From positions 839,354 through 903,353 of the forward strand of contig OZ241921.1 in the NCBI GenBank assembly GCA_965203935.1: a DNA stretch of 64,000 nt, read 5' to 3'. Each line of letters begins with the position of its first letter. Positions within the stretch are counted from its first letter, which is position 1. The translations under genes and the position numbers were made by a program. Below, piece by piece: positions 29,272 to 37,803 of this stretch. Source of the DNA: Bdellovibrionales bacterium (lineage in GTDB: Bacteria > Bdellovibrionota > Bdellovibrionia > Bdellovibrionales > UBA1609). The notes below the pieces were generated by a model. That model had not been told where the DNA came from. It did no database searches and saw nothing but the letters and a program-made list of their open reading frames with translations.

Positions 29272-30248
29272 ATTGCTTTTTCTCCTTTGCAGTTTAATTC
29301 AAAAGCCGGGCGGGGTGTATCAAAGGATGTAAAAAAACCGGAAAAATCCACTTTGTATCCACACTCCAAGTTTCTGCTGAAATAAGAAGATCGGACAAAA
29401 GAGGAATCTTTCGGGTGTTTAAAGCTTTCCTCCTTCTCGTTAAGTCCGGCGGAAAACACAATAATATCAAAACTTAAGGGCTTGAAAACAGAAAGTACGG
29501 TTGTTGCGATTTCAGTTACGGATATGTCCATGATATTGGTTTCAAAGCTGACATAAAAGCCCGGCTCCTGAGGGGTTATGTGAATGGTGTAATATTGTGA
29601 CTTTCCCACAAGCCCGTTTAGGGAGTAGCCCATCGGCTCAAAAAAGTGGTCGTCCACTTGTGCATTGTCAAAAATCTTGCTTAAATTTAAGTGATTTCTT
29701 ATTTGCTCCGCTGAAGAGGCTGTAAAAAAAAGGTTTTTTATATGATCGTCCAGATCATACATTAGTATTTCAATGGTGCGGTCGGGCCGGCCCGATTGGT
29801 AACAGCCGTCGGAATGAAAAAGATAAAAATGATGTTCATCCGGCGCGCCAAACAGGTAGGCTTTGCCTTTTATTTTTTTATTGATTTTTCTTAAATCGTC
29901 CATAAAAGAGCTGTTTTGTTTATAAGGAAAAAACTCGTTTTTTCGCTGATAAAACAAAAGCTCTGTATCCGATTTTTTTAAACTTCGAGAAAGCTGTAAA
30001 AGGGCTTTAACCAAAGAGGTTTCTCCGCAGGTGAGCATAAGAAGACGATGATCCCAGACAAACAAACTGGATTCAGAAAGTATATAAGCGTCACAAAAGG
30101 AATTGGAAAAGCGGGACACTAAACGCGCGCCCGCGCGGGCGCAAAGTTTTTTCCAAAAAGCTTCGGGCCGGTTTCTCAAAGGTTCCCTTACCGGTGACAA
30201 CACAAGCTCCAGTTTTTTTTCAGAACCTTCAAATAAAAGTTGTTTCAT
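29268..30248 (-). CDS. S-adenosylmethionine decarboxylase proenzyme, eukaryotic type (class II, Glu-Ser autoprocessing site)
   Basis: FEGSEKKLELV matches human FEGTEKLLEVW. AYILSESSLFVWDHRLLMLTCGETSLVKAL matches [30 protein letters not shown], including the ESS pyruvoyl-forming site. TIEILMYDLD matches TLEILMSELD. GYSLNGLVGKSQYYTIHITPQEPGFYVSFETN matches [32 protein letters not shown]. Confidence 0.85.
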   Translation of the reverse strand: MKQLLFEGSEKKLELVLSPVREPLRNRPEAFWKKLCARAGARLVSRFSNSFCDAYILSESSLFVWDHRLLMLTCGETSLVKALLQLSRSLKKSDTELLFYQRKNEFFPYKQNSSFMDDLRKINKKIKGKAYLFGAPDEHHFYLFHSDGCYQSGRPDRTIEILMYDLDDHIKNLFFTASSAEQIRNHLNLSKIFDNAQVDDHFFEPMGYSLNGLVGKSQYYTIHITPQEPGFYVSFETNIMDISVTEIATTVLSVFKPLSFDIIVFSAGLNEKEESFKHPKDSSFVRSSYFSRNLECGYKVDFSGFFTSFDTPRPAFELNCKGEKAI

Positions 30249-30409
30249 TGGTTCTTATCCTCCGCTTTTTTTCGCGGTCTGCTGTTTAATCAGCTTTTTT
30301 TACGGATGACTGAAAAACTCTTGTTTGCCTTACCTTTTTTATTTAAGCTGTATTTTTACATATTCCCAAGGTCATACAGAAAAACCCCTGTCAGTGCAAG
30401 CTTAAAGCT

Positions 30410-31267
30410 ATGATAGATGTTGTAATACCCACTTTTAACCGCGCGCGCTTTCTCGGAAGAGCCATCCGGTCGGTGTTCCGGCAGACCTTTCGCCAATATA
30501 TCTTGTGGGTGGTGGATGATGGCTCCACAGACAATACTTCCCCGGTCTTAAATACATGGCAGGCTCTGTTCCCCCAGGGACAAATGCGGGTGATAAAGCT
30601 TGTAGGCAACAAAGGCGTAAGCTTTGCCCGTAATACAGGCATTCGGGCGGGCTGTGCGCCCTATCTGGCTTTTTTGGACTCAGATGACGAGTGGATGACA
30701 GATAAACTGGCCCGGCAAATGGAGTGGGTGAAAAAACATCCTGTGCGCCCCTTAATCCACACAGAGGAAATATGGATACGAAACGGCCGGCGGGCCAATC
30801 AAAAGAAAAAACACCAAAAAAAAGGGGGGCGTGTTTTCATGCACAGCTTGGAGTTTTGTCGGATCAGCCCTTCCTCCGCTATGATAAAAAGATCGTTTTT
30901 AAACAGTATTGGCTTGTTTCGTGAGGATTTTCCTGTGTGTGAGGATTATGAGCTGTGGCTCAGAGTAAGCGCGCGGGCGGAGGTGGGCTTTGTCAAACAG
31001 CCTTTGATTATCAAGTACGGTGGCCATGCGGGTCAGCTGTCTAAAAAATATAAGGCTGTGGATGAATGGCGTGTGCGTGCTATGGCCCTCTTGCGGGACA
31101 GTCCTTTTATCAGCGGGGAGGAAAAACAACAACTGATTGAAACTTTAAGAAAAAAATGCCGGATCCTTCTTAAAGGCTACAAAAAACACAGTAACTTCGC
31201 CCACTTTGCGGAAATACAGAAAATTTATGAAGACACTCAAAAAAAAGACCTTGTTTTGCAAGCTTAG
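30410..31267 (+). CDS. family 2 glycosyltransferase
   Basis: MIDVVIPTFNRARFLGRAIRSVFRQTF..WVVDDGSTDNT and DSDDEW are classic GT-A/GT2 motifs. Confidence 0.8.
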   Translation: MIDVVIPTFNRARFLGRAIRSVFRQTFRQYILWVVDDGSTDNTSPVLNTWQALFPQGQMRVIKLVGNKGVSFARNTGIRAGCAPYLAFLDSDDEWMTDKLARQMEWVKKHPVRPLIHTEEIWIRNGRRANQKKKHQKKGGRVFMHSLEFCRISPSSAMIKRSFLNSIGLFREDFPVCEDYELWLRVSARAEVGFVKQPLIIKYGGHAGQLSKKYKAVDEWRVRAMALLRDSPFISGEEKQQLIETLRKKCRILLKGYKKHSNFAHFAEIQKIYEDTQKKDLVLQA

Positions 31268-31280
31268 GCCAAGCTTATGT

Positions 31281-31496
31281 AGTAGCCCGTGAACAACCTC
31301 TGTCCTATTAGTTTTCAGCAGGCAAAGGCTTAAGCTTGTTCGTGACGGAATAAGTAGTCGGGTGTGATAAAGTGCCCCTTAAGCATTTTTGTCCAAAGTC
31401 CGTGCCGTGAGGGTCCAAGGTACTCCGTCCCGAAACGGTGCGGACTTTGGACAAAAACAGCTAAAGAGCAAGGGTTTTTCACGGACCACTAAGTAG
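31281..31496. repeat. mosaic palindromic repeat cluster R2 (one hairpin unit interrupted in its loop by a second junction-bounded unit)
   Basis: The stem ggcaggcaaaggcttaagc plus loop ttgttcgtgacggaata is followed by the inserted junction agtagtcgggtgtgataaag. A second unit follows: ttgtccaaagtccgtgc-[cgtgagggtccaaggtactccgtcccgaaacgg]-tgcggactttggacaa. It ends with tttttcacggaccactaagtag. Confidence 0.75.
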
Positions 31497-31621
31497 ATTT
31501 TTTTGACTCAAAACACAGTTTTTTAGCGGTTTTTCACGAGACTTAAAAGAGTCTTGACAATATTCTTAATTTATGATGTAAAAAAACCTGTTCTTTCAAC
31601 AATGGCAAAAAGGAGAGTAAA

Positions 31622-32377
31622 GTGATGCTCAGTTTTGGAACCATTATAGCCATTCTGGCTTTTCTGCTGTTTTCCTGCTTTAAAATTCTGCCGGAATGGC
31701 AAAGGGGCCTTGTCCTTAGATTCGGCCGCTTTGTGGGTATTCGCGGCCCCGGGCTTATCATCCTGATTCCAGGTGTGGAAAGATTGATCCGGGTGGACAC
31801 CCGCACCATCACTATGGACATTCCCCCGCAGGATATCATTACACTGGACAATGTGAGCCTTAAAGTAAACGCCGTACTCTACTACCGCATCACCGATCCG
31901 GAAAAAGCCATCACCAAAGTGGAGGATTTTCACTTTGCCACCGCTCAGTCGGCGCAAACCACTTTGCGCTCCACCTTGGGGCAGTACCAGATGGATGATC
32001 TGCTCTCTCAAAGAGACAAAATCAACCACACACTTCAAGAGATTTTGGATCGCGACACAGAGCCTTGGGGCATTAAAATCTCCAAAGTGGAGGTTAAACA
32101 TATTGACCTGCCCAAGGAAATGCAAAGGGCTATGGCCCGTCAGGCGGAGGCGGAAAGAGAGCGCCGGGCCAAAGTCATCAGCGCGGAAGGGGAGTTTCAA
32201 AGGGCGGAAAAACTAAAAGACGCTTCAAAGGTTATTTCCTCCACCCCCGCCGCCATTCAGCTGGCCTATCTTCAAGCTTTAAACGAAATTTCCAGCGAAG
32301 GGGCTACAACCATTGTGTTCCCCATCCCCATGAATCTGCTGGAGGCCTTTAAAAAAAGCCAAAACCCTGATAATTAG
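31622..32377 (+). CDS. SPFH/band-7 (stomatin/prohibitin-like) membrane protein
   Basis: N-terminal TM helix followed by ILPEWQRGLVLRFGRFVG...ITMDIPPQDIITLDNVSLKVNAVLYYRITDPEKAI, typical of stomatin-family proteins. RBS aaggagag precedes the start. Confidence 0.8.
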   Translation: MMLSFGTIIAILAFLLFSCFKILPEWQRGLVLRFGRFVGIRGPGLIILIPGVERLIRVDTRTITMDIPPQDIITLDNVSLKVNAVLYYRITDPEKAITKVEDFHFATAQSAQTTLRSTLGQYQMDDLLSQRDKINHTLQEILDRDTEPWGIKISKVEVKHIDLPKEMQRAMARQAEAERERRAKVISAEGEFQRAEKLKDASKVISSTPAAIQLAYLQALNEISSEGATTIVFPIPMNLLEAFKKSQNPDN

Positions 32378-32697
32378 TCGGGCGTGAAAAAGGCCGGCTT
32401 TCATAGTTGGCATAAGCAAAACCCCGCCTTGTTCGAGACGGAGTACCTTGGACTCTCACCGGCGGGGTTTTGCTTATGCCACAAAGAACAAGGGTTTTTC
32501 ACGGGCTACTAATTAGTCGTCCGTAAAAAACCTCTTTAAATTATGTCTCAAAAGCAAAGCCAAGCGAAGAGGGTCCAAGTGTAAAACTGGAAGTCGCCTG
32601 TGCGACTTCCAGCCCGAATGAGCTTGGACTTTGCTTTTGAGACCAGCAGTTTAGTAGCCTTTTTCACGCCCCACTAATTAGTCGTCCGTAAAAAACC
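32370..32697. repeat. mosaic palindromic repeat cluster R3 (two hairpin units, three junctions), abutting IS copy 1
   Basis: The junction taattagtcgggcgtgaaaaagg is followed by gcataagcaaaaccccgcc-[ttgttcgagacggagtaccttggactctcaccg]-gcggggttttgcttatgc and a junction. A second unit carries a nested small hairpin ctggaagtcgcctgtgcgacttccag, followed by a junction. It ends in the GC hairpin ccccccttgggggg plus a T-rich tract. Confidence 0.8.
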
Positions 32698-32728
32698 TCA
32701 GCTCCCCCCTTGGGGGGATTTTCTTTGT

Positions 32729-34686
32729 CCCGACTTCGACACAACACTATGAGTTAAAAAATATTTTGAGGTTTTTTTAGACCAGCCGGGTTGTTTTTGT
32801 TTGGTTTTGAGTGGTAAAATCAGTAAAAATTAAAGTTGTGTTCCCGACCCCGACCTTTACTTCCTCGATCTCTTCTGGAACAGTAAAAACATGTTTATCA
32901 AGGTCACTGAAAAAATCTCAAGCAAAAACCGAAAAATTAAATCTTTCCGGATTATGGAATCGGTACGCAAAGGCTCAAAAACCATTCATAAAACAGTGCG
33001 CTTTGTGGGATCCTCCACGAACCCGGATATCATCAAGTCTTTGGAACAGATATCTCATAATCTGATCGTAAAGCTCAGCAATGACCGACAGCCCGCCCTT
33101 CCCGGCATGGCCAAAGTCATCTACAGCAAAGAATCTCAGTACATAAACAAAAAACCAAAACAACAGAAGAAAAAACAAAAGCCTGTTTCTATCTTCTCCC
33201 TTAAAAAGCCACAGGAAACAGCACGCATCCAGCACGGCATTAAAGGAGTATGCGGGGCTGTCTATGAACAGTTAGGCTTTCATACCCTCATACAAGACAC
33301 CAACAAAGATCAACAATGGAACAACATCTTAAAATACTGTGTCCTTGCCAGAGTGGCCCACCCGGATTCCAAAAGAAAAACAGTAGACACTTTGGCAGAG
33401 GATTTTAACGAGACTGTTCCTTTGGAAAAAATGTATCGCATGATGGACAGGCTTTATCCACGCATAGAAAAAGCAAAAGACATGGCGGCCAAAAACACCC
33501 TGAGCCTGTTTAACCAAGAAGTGGATATTCTTTTCTTTGATGTCACCACCCTTTACTTTGAAAGCTTTGAAGAAGACGATACAAGACAGTTCGGCTTCAG
33601 CAAAGATAAAAAGTTCAACGAAACACAAGTGGTCTTAGCCCTTATCACCAACCAAGAAGGTCATCCCCTAAGCTATGAGCTGTTTCCCGGAAGCACAAGC
33701 GAAGGATCCACCCTTATTGCCACAGTTCAGAGATTAAAACAAAGATTTACAGTCAAAAACGCCGTATTGGTGGCCGACAGAGCCATGTTTAATGAGCAAA
33801 ACCTTACACTCATGGAGGAAGAGGGGATTCAATATGTGGTGTCCGCCAAGTTAAAGTCCCTGCCCAAAAGCAAGAAAGATGAGATTTTAGACAAAAACTT
33901 AAAATCTTCCACTGTCTCAGAAGACCCACACAGGGTAAAGATAAAAGAGCTTGAGTATAAACAAAGAAGACTCATTATAAGCCACTCAGAAAAAAGAGCC
34001 AAAAAGGATGAGGCGGACAGACTAAGACTCATTAAAAGACTGATGAAAAAAGTAAAGAACAAGCAAATCCCCATAAAAAGCCTTATCCCCAATCATGGCA
34101 CCAAAAAATACATCACAGTTCAAAAAACCAAAGCTACACTCAATGAACAAAAAATAGCTGAAGACAGCCGTTGGGACGGCCTGCATGGACTTATTACCAA
34201 CATGAAAGATAAGCCCCCCCAAGAACTCCTCACCCGATACAGACAGCTCTGGAAGATAGAAGAGGCTTTTCGTGTGTGCAAACACACTCTTAAGATGAGA
34301 CCCATTTACCACTGGAAGAGGAAAAGAATCGAGGCTCATATTGCTATATGCTTCTTGGCTTACTCGCTTTCTTACACTATGAAACACAGAATGGAGCAAA
34401 GAGGACTGAACTTCAGTATCCGAAAGATGAGAGAGATTTTAAAAAGAGATCAATACAGTATTATAGAGGATGCAAATAAAAATCTCTATCGTATGCCCTC
34501 TAAATCCACAGAACCGATACAGGCTATATACGAGGCTTTGGGGCTTAAAAGAACTTCTCAATTTATTCCTTTTTCCTAAGCCCTGTTAAACTCCCTTCTT
34601 AAATGTTCTTACAAGATGTGTGGCCCCAAGAATTTATAAGTTATTGATATCACTCACTTAATGCCTTGCGTTGTGTCGAAGTCGGG
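32729..34686 (+). mobile_element. IS4/IS1634-family insertion sequence, copy 1 (1958 bp, about 19-bp terminal inverted repeats cccgacttcgacacaacac)
   Basis: IRL cccgacttcgacacaacac at 32729. IRR gcgttgtgtcgaagtcggg ends at 34686. A single 562-aa transposase ORF lies inside. Confidence 0.8.
32891..34579 (+). CDS. DDE transposase, IS4 superfamily (IS1634-like)
   Basis: LFFDVTTLYFES (D1, DxT..yFE), VLVADRAMFN (D2) and YRQLWKIEEAFRVCK (Y-2-R-3-E-6-K signature). The 562-aa length is typical of the IS1634 group. Confidence 0.75.
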   Translation: MFIKVTEKISSKNRKIKSFRIMESVRKGSKTIHKTVRFVGSSTNPDIIKSLEQISHNLIVKLSNDRQPALPGMAKVIYSKESQYINKKPKQQKKKQKPVSIFSLKKPQETARIQHGIKGVCGAVYEQLGFHTLIQDTNKDQQWNNILKYCVLARVAHPDSKRKTVDTLAEDFNETVPLEKMYRMMDRLYPRIEKAKDMAAKNTLSLFNQEVDILFFDVTTLYFESFEEDDTRQFGFSKDKKFNETQVVLALITNQEGHPLSYELFPGSTSEGSTLIATVQRLKQRFTVKNAVLVADRAMFNEQNLTLMEEEGIQYVVSAKLKSLPKSKKDEILDKNLKSSTVSEDPHRVKIKELEYKQRRLIISHSEKRAKKDEADRLRLIKRLMKKVKNKQIPIKSLIPNHGTKKYITVQKTKATLNEQKIAEDSRWDGLHGLITNMKDKPPQELLTRYRQLWKIEEAFRVCKHTLKMRPIYHWKRKRIEAHIAICFLAYSLSYTMKHRMEQRGLNFSIRKMREILKRDQYSIIEDANKNLYRMPSKSTEPIQAIYEALGLKRTSQFIPFS

Positions 34687-34771
34687 AAAAAAGCAAAAAA
34701 AAGCGCAAAAATGTCACCACTGTAAGAAAAATAAACACTTTTGGCCGGGTGCTTGGATTTTTCAGGCGGTG

Positions 34772-34943
34772 AAAAAAATAAAAAAATACAGTAATTTCAA
34801 TAATTTACGATATTTTTTTGAAAACAACAAACTTTCGGCCCCTGTTTTGCATCATTATAGACAAAAAACCATTTTATCAGGAGGTAAAAAAAATGAAAAA
34901 ATCAGGTATCCTTATATTGTTTATTGCTTATTGTCACTGTTCT
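34772..34943 (+). repeat. 172-bp direct repeat (left copy) flanking IS copy 2; contains RBS plus first 17 codons of the gene at 37014
   Basis: Identical to 36893-37064. It includes aggaggtaaaaaaaatgaaaaaatcaggtatccttatattgtttattgcttattgtcactgttct, then runs directly into the IS left end. Confidence 0.8.
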
Positions 34944-36892
34944 CCTGACTTCGACACAACACTATGAGTTAAAAAATATTTTGAGGTTTTTTTAGACCAG
35001 CCGGGTTGTTTTTGTTTGGTTTTGAGTGGTAAAATCAGTAAAAATTAAAGTTGTGTTCCCGACCCCGACCTTTACTTCCTCGATCTCTTCTGGAACAGTA
35101 AAAACATGTTTATCAAGGTCACTGAAAAAATCTCAAGCAAAAACCGAAAAATTAAATCTTTCCGGATTATGGAATCGGTACGCAAAGGCTCAAAAACCAT
35201 TCATAAAACAGTGCGCTTTGTGGGATCCTCCACGAACCCGGATATCATCAAGTCTTTGGAACAGATATCTCATAATCTGATCGTAAAGCTCAGCAATGAC
35301 CGACAGCCCGCTCTTTCCGGCATGGCCAAAGTCATCTACAGCAAAGAATCTCAGTACATAAACAAAAAACCAAAACAACAGAAGAAAAAACAAAAGCCTG
35401 TTTCTATCTTCTCCCTTAAAAAGCCACAGGAAACAGCACGCATCCAGCACGGCATTAAAGGAGTATGCGGGGCTGTCTATGAACAGTTAGGCTTTCATAC
35501 CCTCATACAAGACACCAACAAAGATCAACAATGGAACAACATCTTAAAATACTGTGTCCTTGCCAGAGTGGCCCACCCGGATTCCAAAAGAAAAACAGTA
35601 GACACTTTGGCAGAGGATTTTAACGAGACTGTTCCTTTGGAAAAAATGTATCGCATGATGGACAGGCTTTATCCACGCATAGAAAAAGCAAAAGACATGG
35701 TGGCCAAAAACACCCTGAGCCTGTTTAACCAAGAAGTGGATATTCTTTTCTTTGATGTCACCACCCTTTACTTTGAAAGCTTTGAAGAAGACGATACAAG
35801 ACAGTTCGGCTTCAGCAAAGATAAGAAGTTCAACGAAACACAAGTGGTCTTAGCCCTTATCACCAACCAGCAAGGTCATCCCCTAAGCTATGAGCTGTTT
35901 CCCGGAAGCACAAGCGAAGGATCCACCCTTATTGCCACAGTTCAGAGATTAAAACAAAGATTTACAGTCAAAAACGCCGTATTGGTGGCCGACAGAGCCA
36001 TGTTTAATGAGCAAAACCTTACACTCATGGAGGAAGAGGGGATTCAATATGTGGTGTCCGCCAAGTTAAAGTCCCTGCCCAAAAGCAAGAAAGATGAGAT
36101 TTTAGACAAAAACTTAAAATCTTCCACTGTCTCAGAAGACCCACACAGGGTAAAGATAAAAGAGCTTGAGTATAAACAAAGAAGACTCATTATAAGCCAC
36201 TCAGAAAAAAGAGCCAAAAAGGATGAGGCGGACAGACTAAGACTCATTAAAAGACTGATGAAAAAAGTAAAGAACAAGCAAATCCCCATAAAAAGCCTTA
36301 TCCCCAATCATGGCACCAAAAAATACATCACAGTTCAAAAAACCAAAGCCACACTCAATGAACAAAAAATAGCTGAAGACAGCCGTTGGGACGGCCTACA
36401 TGGACTTATTACCAACATGAAAGATAAGCCCCCCCAAGAACTCCTCACCCGATACAGACAGCTCTGGAAGATAGAAGAGGCTTTTCGTGTGTGCAAACAC
36501 ACTCTTAAGATGAGACCCATTTACCACTGGAAGAGGAAAAGAATCGAGGCTCATATTGCTATATGCTTCTTGGCTTACTCGCTTTCTTACACTATGAAAC
36601 ACAGAATGGAGCAAAGAGGACTGAACTTCAGTATCCGAAAGATGAGAGAGATTTTAAAAAGAGATCAATACAGTATTATAGAGGATGCGAACAAAAATCT
36701 TTATCGTATGCCCTCTAAATCCACAGAACCGATACAGGCCATATACGAGGCTTTGGGGCTTAAAAGAGTGTCTGACTTTGTATCCGGTTCCTGAAGTTTT
36801 ACCGGACTTCAGTCTTAAAATGTGTGCCCCCGTAAAAACTCATAAGTATATGATATCACTCACTTAATGCCTTGCATTGTGTCGAAGTCGGG
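34944..36892 (+). mobile_element. IS4/IS1634-family insertion sequence, copy 2 (1949 bp)
   Basis: IRL cctgacttcgacacaacac at 34944. IRR gcattgtgtcgaagtcggg ends at 36892. Near-identical to copy 1 except the last ~100 bp before the IRR, which also changes the transposase C-terminus. Confidence 0.8.
35106..36794 (+). CDS. DDE transposase, IS4 superfamily (IS1634-like), copy 2
   Basis: About 99% identical to 32891-34579 until the last 10 codons (..LGLKRVSDFVSGS versus ..LGLKRTSQFIPFS). Confidence 0.75.
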   Translation: MFIKVTEKISSKNRKIKSFRIMESVRKGSKTIHKTVRFVGSSTNPDIIKSLEQISHNLIVKLSNDRQPALSGMAKVIYSKESQYINKKPKQQKKKQKPVSIFSLKKPQETARIQHGIKGVCGAVYEQLGFHTLIQDTNKDQQWNNILKYCVLARVAHPDSKRKTVDTLAEDFNETVPLEKMYRMMDRLYPRIEKAKDMVAKNTLSLFNQEVDILFFDVTTLYFESFEEDDTRQFGFSKDKKFNETQVVLALITNQQGHPLSYELFPGSTSEGSTLIATVQRLKQRFTVKNAVLVADRAMFNEQNLTLMEEEGIQYVVSAKLKSLPKSKKDEILDKNLKSSTVSEDPHRVKIKELEYKQRRLIISHSEKRAKKDEADRLRLIKRLMKKVKNKQIPIKSLIPNHGTKKYITVQKTKATLNEQKIAEDSRWDGLHGLITNMKDKPPQELLTRYRQLWKIEEAFRVCKHTLKMRPIYHWKRKRIEAHIAICFLAYSLSYTMKHRMEQRGLNFSIRKMREILKRDQYSIIEDANKNLYRMPSKSTEPIQAIYEALGLKRVSDFVSGS

Positions 36893-37064
36893 AAAAAAAT
36901 AAAAAAATACAGTAATTTCAATAATTTACGATATTTTTTTGAAAACAACAAACTTTCGGCCCCTGTTTTGCATCATTATAGACAAAAAACCATTTTATCA
37001 GGAGGTAAAAAAAATGAAAAAATCAGGTATCCTTATATTGTTTATTGCTTATTGTCACTGTTCT
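36893..37064 (+). repeat. 172-bp direct repeat (right copy) flanking IS copy 2
   Basis: Identical to 34772-34943. It continues into the intact gene. Confidence 0.8.
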
Positions 37065-37754
37065 TTTTCAGAAGAAATTTTTTTTGTGTTGGAAGCAGAT
37101 CTTCCTCAAGGAAGTGAGGTTATTGCTACAACACCACTTTATGACGGCGCTGTTATGCATTATTATCAGGGCGCTTTAAAAGAGTATGGAGACTGTATTA
37201 AAATTGATCGTCAGCCTGTACAATTTACTTTTAAAAGGCCTAAAACTGAAGAAGAGCTTAAAGAATCGCACAGCCTTCTGTCGGATATGTATGAGGAGCG
37301 AAAACAAATAAAAAAAGATGTGGAATATTATAAAGCCATGAGATATACTCCATGGGACTGGATTGTGTGGACGATGACATCATCAGAAGATGGTGGTGCA
37401 TTATCAACAAGCGCAAGCAGAACAAGACGGGGTATATTAAGAAAACGTTTTAAATTACAAGAAGAGCTTTCCGATCTCGATTTCAAGATAATAAGAGAAC
37501 GCACAAATAAATATAAATCCTTTTTAATAAGACCTTGTGAGGATTGCTATGAAGCTCAAGATGGTATATATCAAGCTTCAGATGATATTCATGCTATTTC
37601 GTTTTACGAAGATAGTGACGACTTGCATATACTTCCCCATAATGAAGGTGACAAAATAGATTTGTCACAGTGTAAAGATTTAGAAAAAATACTAACAAGT
37701 ACAATACAGTATCTTGACGGCAATGGAAAACTAAGATTAAGATCTATGCCTTAG
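37014..37754 (+). CDS. secreted hypothetical protein (246 aa)
   Basis: The ATG at 37014 is preceded by caggaggtaaaaaaa. Signal peptide MKKSGILILFIAYCHCSFSEE. The longer ORF in the track (36939) reads through IS-flank sequence. Confidence 0.5.
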   Translation: MKKSGILILFIAYCHCSFSEEIFFVLEADLPQGSEVIATTPLYDGAVMHYYQGALKEYGDCIKIDRQPVQFTFKRPKTEEELKESHSLLSDMYEERKQIKKDVEYYKAMRYTPWDWIVWTMTSSEDGGALSTSASRTRRGILRKRFKLQEELSDLDFKIIRERTNKYKSFLIRPCEDCYEAQDGIYQASDDIHAISFYEDSDDLHILPHNEGDKIDLSQCKDLEKILTSTIQYLDGNGKLRLRSMP

Positions 37755-37803
37755 AAAGTTTTTTTGTGAATTTTTGAGCGAGCTTAATAAGCCTGATTAA
37801 AGT

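Noticed and set aside
31571-32200. 209-aa ORF on the minus strand
   Set aside because: It is completely antisense to the well-supported SPFH/stomatin gene 31622-32377 and has no motif. The same reasoning applies to antisense ORFs 566-859, 11171-11968, 13113-13577, 25709-26827, 62571-63011 and 63593-63799.
32811-33065. 84-aa ORF overlapping the transposase start inside each IS copy
   Set aside because: It overlaps the transposase start in another frame and is Ser/Lys-rich low-complexity. There is no evidence for a two-ORF frameshifted transposase, since the 562-aa ORF is complete on its own.
34661-34948. 95-aa ORF, and the similar 36872-37117 / 36939 start
   Set aside because: These are read-throughs from IS-flanking or duplicated target sequence into the duplicated gene start. 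The real gene starts at ATG 37014 with a good RBS.
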